A DNA stretch of 63,039 nt, filler included, from Octopus bimaculoides (Eukaryota): NCBI RefSeq assembly GCF_001194135.2. It is 5 parts of 5 records of this genome, joined end to end, with 100 filler letters (N's around TTAATTAATTAA, not from the genome) between each part and the next. Parts side by side here need not be neighbours in the genome. Positions count along the whole stretch, not along the records: positions 60,046 to 63,039 come from NW_026316518.1; 4 more parts are not named here. One strand, given 5' to 3'. Below the pieces are notes generated by a model, which saw only the letters and a program-made list of their open reading frames with translations, ran no database searches and was not told where the DNA came from. The position numbers and the translations under genes are program-made. This document shows positions 61,138 to 63,039 of the stretch, in pieces (position 1 is the first letter of the stretch; each line of letters starts with the position of its first letter).

Positions 61138-61714
61138 TCTGAAATGCATATAAAAAAAGATAATACATTAACAAGATTGAAACACCGGATACACCTGGTA
61201 GTGTCCGCCCACATGAAATGGTAAAATGAATGAGGGGTGTTTGTGTACACACACACACACATAAACAAATACACACATTCGTGCACGTGCATGCGTAGGG
61301 ATGCCTATGGATCGCTCTCTAACGTACTGTAGTTACTTCGCAGTTGAGTCCTTTCTAAGTATTTCCGTCTTAACAAAGACACAAGCTGGGTTGTAACGTT
61401 ACACATTCACTTCGTTCTATTCGTCTTACAATCACAGTTGTTTTTTTGCTTTTGCTTTTTTGCTTTTTTTTTTTTTTTTTAGACCATCTAGAAACCATGT
61501 TGTGTTAGTGAGATAGCATTCAGTTTCTTACTGATTTATGTTTGTTTGAAGCTATCTGAATGAAGTAGGTCGCACATTGGTTGGCAGAAACAAATCTTAT
61601 CCTAGCAACAATAGATATTTCCATATATTTTTTAGTTTCGTCATTTTTTCTGAGTTCTTTAACTATGTTCCCCATTAATTCTGTATTTTAGAGATGTTAA
61701 ATGCTCTTGGCTTT

Positions 61715-61904
61715 AAGGGCATCACGAAAGGCCTGGCTGGAGGTCCAACATTCCGAGTTCTTTTACAGGGCTTAGAAATACAGAGGGACCGCTGGAATAA
61801 GTGTGTAAATCTGAGAGGGGACTATGTTGAATAAAATCATAATTAACTGATCCTCTTATATTTACTTTTACACAAAGCAAGGAACTTTTCAGCACACCTT
61901 CGTA
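61715..61904 (+). mobile_element. second mariner transposon 3' end (different TIR type)
   Basis: KGITKAWL.VQ..EFF..GLEIQRDRWNKCVNLRGDYVE*, followed by GGAACTTTTCAGCACACCTTCGTA (reverse of a TACGAGG..GTGCTGAAAAGTTCC mariner TIR). Confidence 0.75.
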
Positions 61905-62743
61905 CGCTGTCGAACACATGTACTCAATATTTGTGTTCAGCTTGTTCGCCAGTAGGCTGCAATTTGAAACGGTGGAGATGACAGATGTTGCAACGAAAGG
62001 TGCTTCCTGCAGTAGGTGTTGAGAGAATGTACCGCCCTCGCAGACACATGTTTTTTATTGAGTATTTTGCCAGTAACGGCAACAGCCAACCATAGTCAGC
62101 AACACATAATAAAGATGTTAATAAAGATGTCAAAAACCAGGCAATCCCTGTGCCTGAAGCTTTATAAAGAGAAGAAAGGCTTTGCACATGGTCAATCTCA
62201 TTCTCTAAACACATATTTAATAAGCCACAAATTATATCATGCTGACAGTTTCTAAAAAGAATGAAATGCTATACATGATTATATCATTGAGTTGAAACTT
62301 CCTAAATGTGAAAAAAAAAAGAAAAGAAAATTACGCATGTGAATTCTGTGCATCTTTTTTTTTATAATTCCTTAATTTAAAATTCATATTTCTAATTCCG
62401 ACCAGTGTTATGAGGAAATTATTATCTCCCTGTCAATCGCTACGACAACACAGGAAACCACACACGTGTTTATACACACATACATGCATACATACAGACA
62501 GACATAAATATATTCATATATACATGCATACGTACATACAACCATGCACACACACACACACACATATATAGGTGTATATGCTGTATCAGGACAATTACCC
62601 CGCTTGGTTAATTAACCCTTCTCCAATATATTAAGAAGTTTTAAATCATCATCTGTTGTCTTCAGGGGTTATTGTCCATGTGGGTGGGTAAATGTCCTTG
62701 AATTAAATATACATGTGCATTCATGCATATATCTATATATTTA

Positions 62744-62778
<35 letters not shown>

Positions 62779-62966
62779 ATACATATATATGTTTATACAC
62801 ACACACACACACACACATACAGGCGCGATAGATAGATTAGATCGACAGACAAACAGACTGACAGACAAAGAATATTTGTCAAACTGGAATTGTTAAGCTT
62901 GTTTCTGCTTCTTTTAGTACATATACATTATAAGGCTAATAACAACGTGTGTGACCATACTGGCAA

Positions 62967-62968
<2 letters not shown>

Positions 62969-63039
<71 letters not shown>
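62969..63039. repeat. (TG)n microsatellite
   Basis: Seen directly. Confidence 0.97.

Overview
This is repeat-dense, AT-rich animal DNA, most likely from an octopus (coleoid cephalopod). That call is inferred from the tRNA-headed SINE families, the extreme microsatellite load and the YHCDICGKSFS-type C2H2 array; it is not proven. The window is five pieces joined by artificial 100-bp linkers (44 N + TTAATTAATTAA + 44 N at 28040-28139, 45483-45582, 55631-55730 and 59946-60045), so adjacency across them is uncertain. Recognisable gene content: a C2H2 zinc-finger coding exon (55731-56668, minus, 11 fingers, cut off by a linker); a disabled NPC1-like C-terminal segment (44956-45470, minus); and one exon typical of AMPA/kainate-type ionotropic glutamate receptors (34223-34333, minus). 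RNA-gene pieces: a 28S rRNA 5' end with probable ITS2 (57437-57785, minus) and a 3' half tRNA-Asp. Mobile DNA: three tRNA-SINE families, and remnants of Tx1/L1, CR1/L2-group, R4/Dong, Penelope-like, mariner, Merlin and Gypsy-like LTR elements. Best leads: (1) an R4/Dong-type retrotransposon whose three copies all end in (CATA)n repeats; (2) a roughly 1.4-kb imperfect palindrome; (3) an rDNA fragment abutting a Merlin-type terminus upstream of the ZNF exon; (4) an LTR with no visible tRNA primer site, placed where it could drive the ZNF; (5) minimal hammerhead-like motifs. No CRISPR array or prokaryotic system is present. All alignments were made by eye and coordinates of degenerate repeats are approximate.
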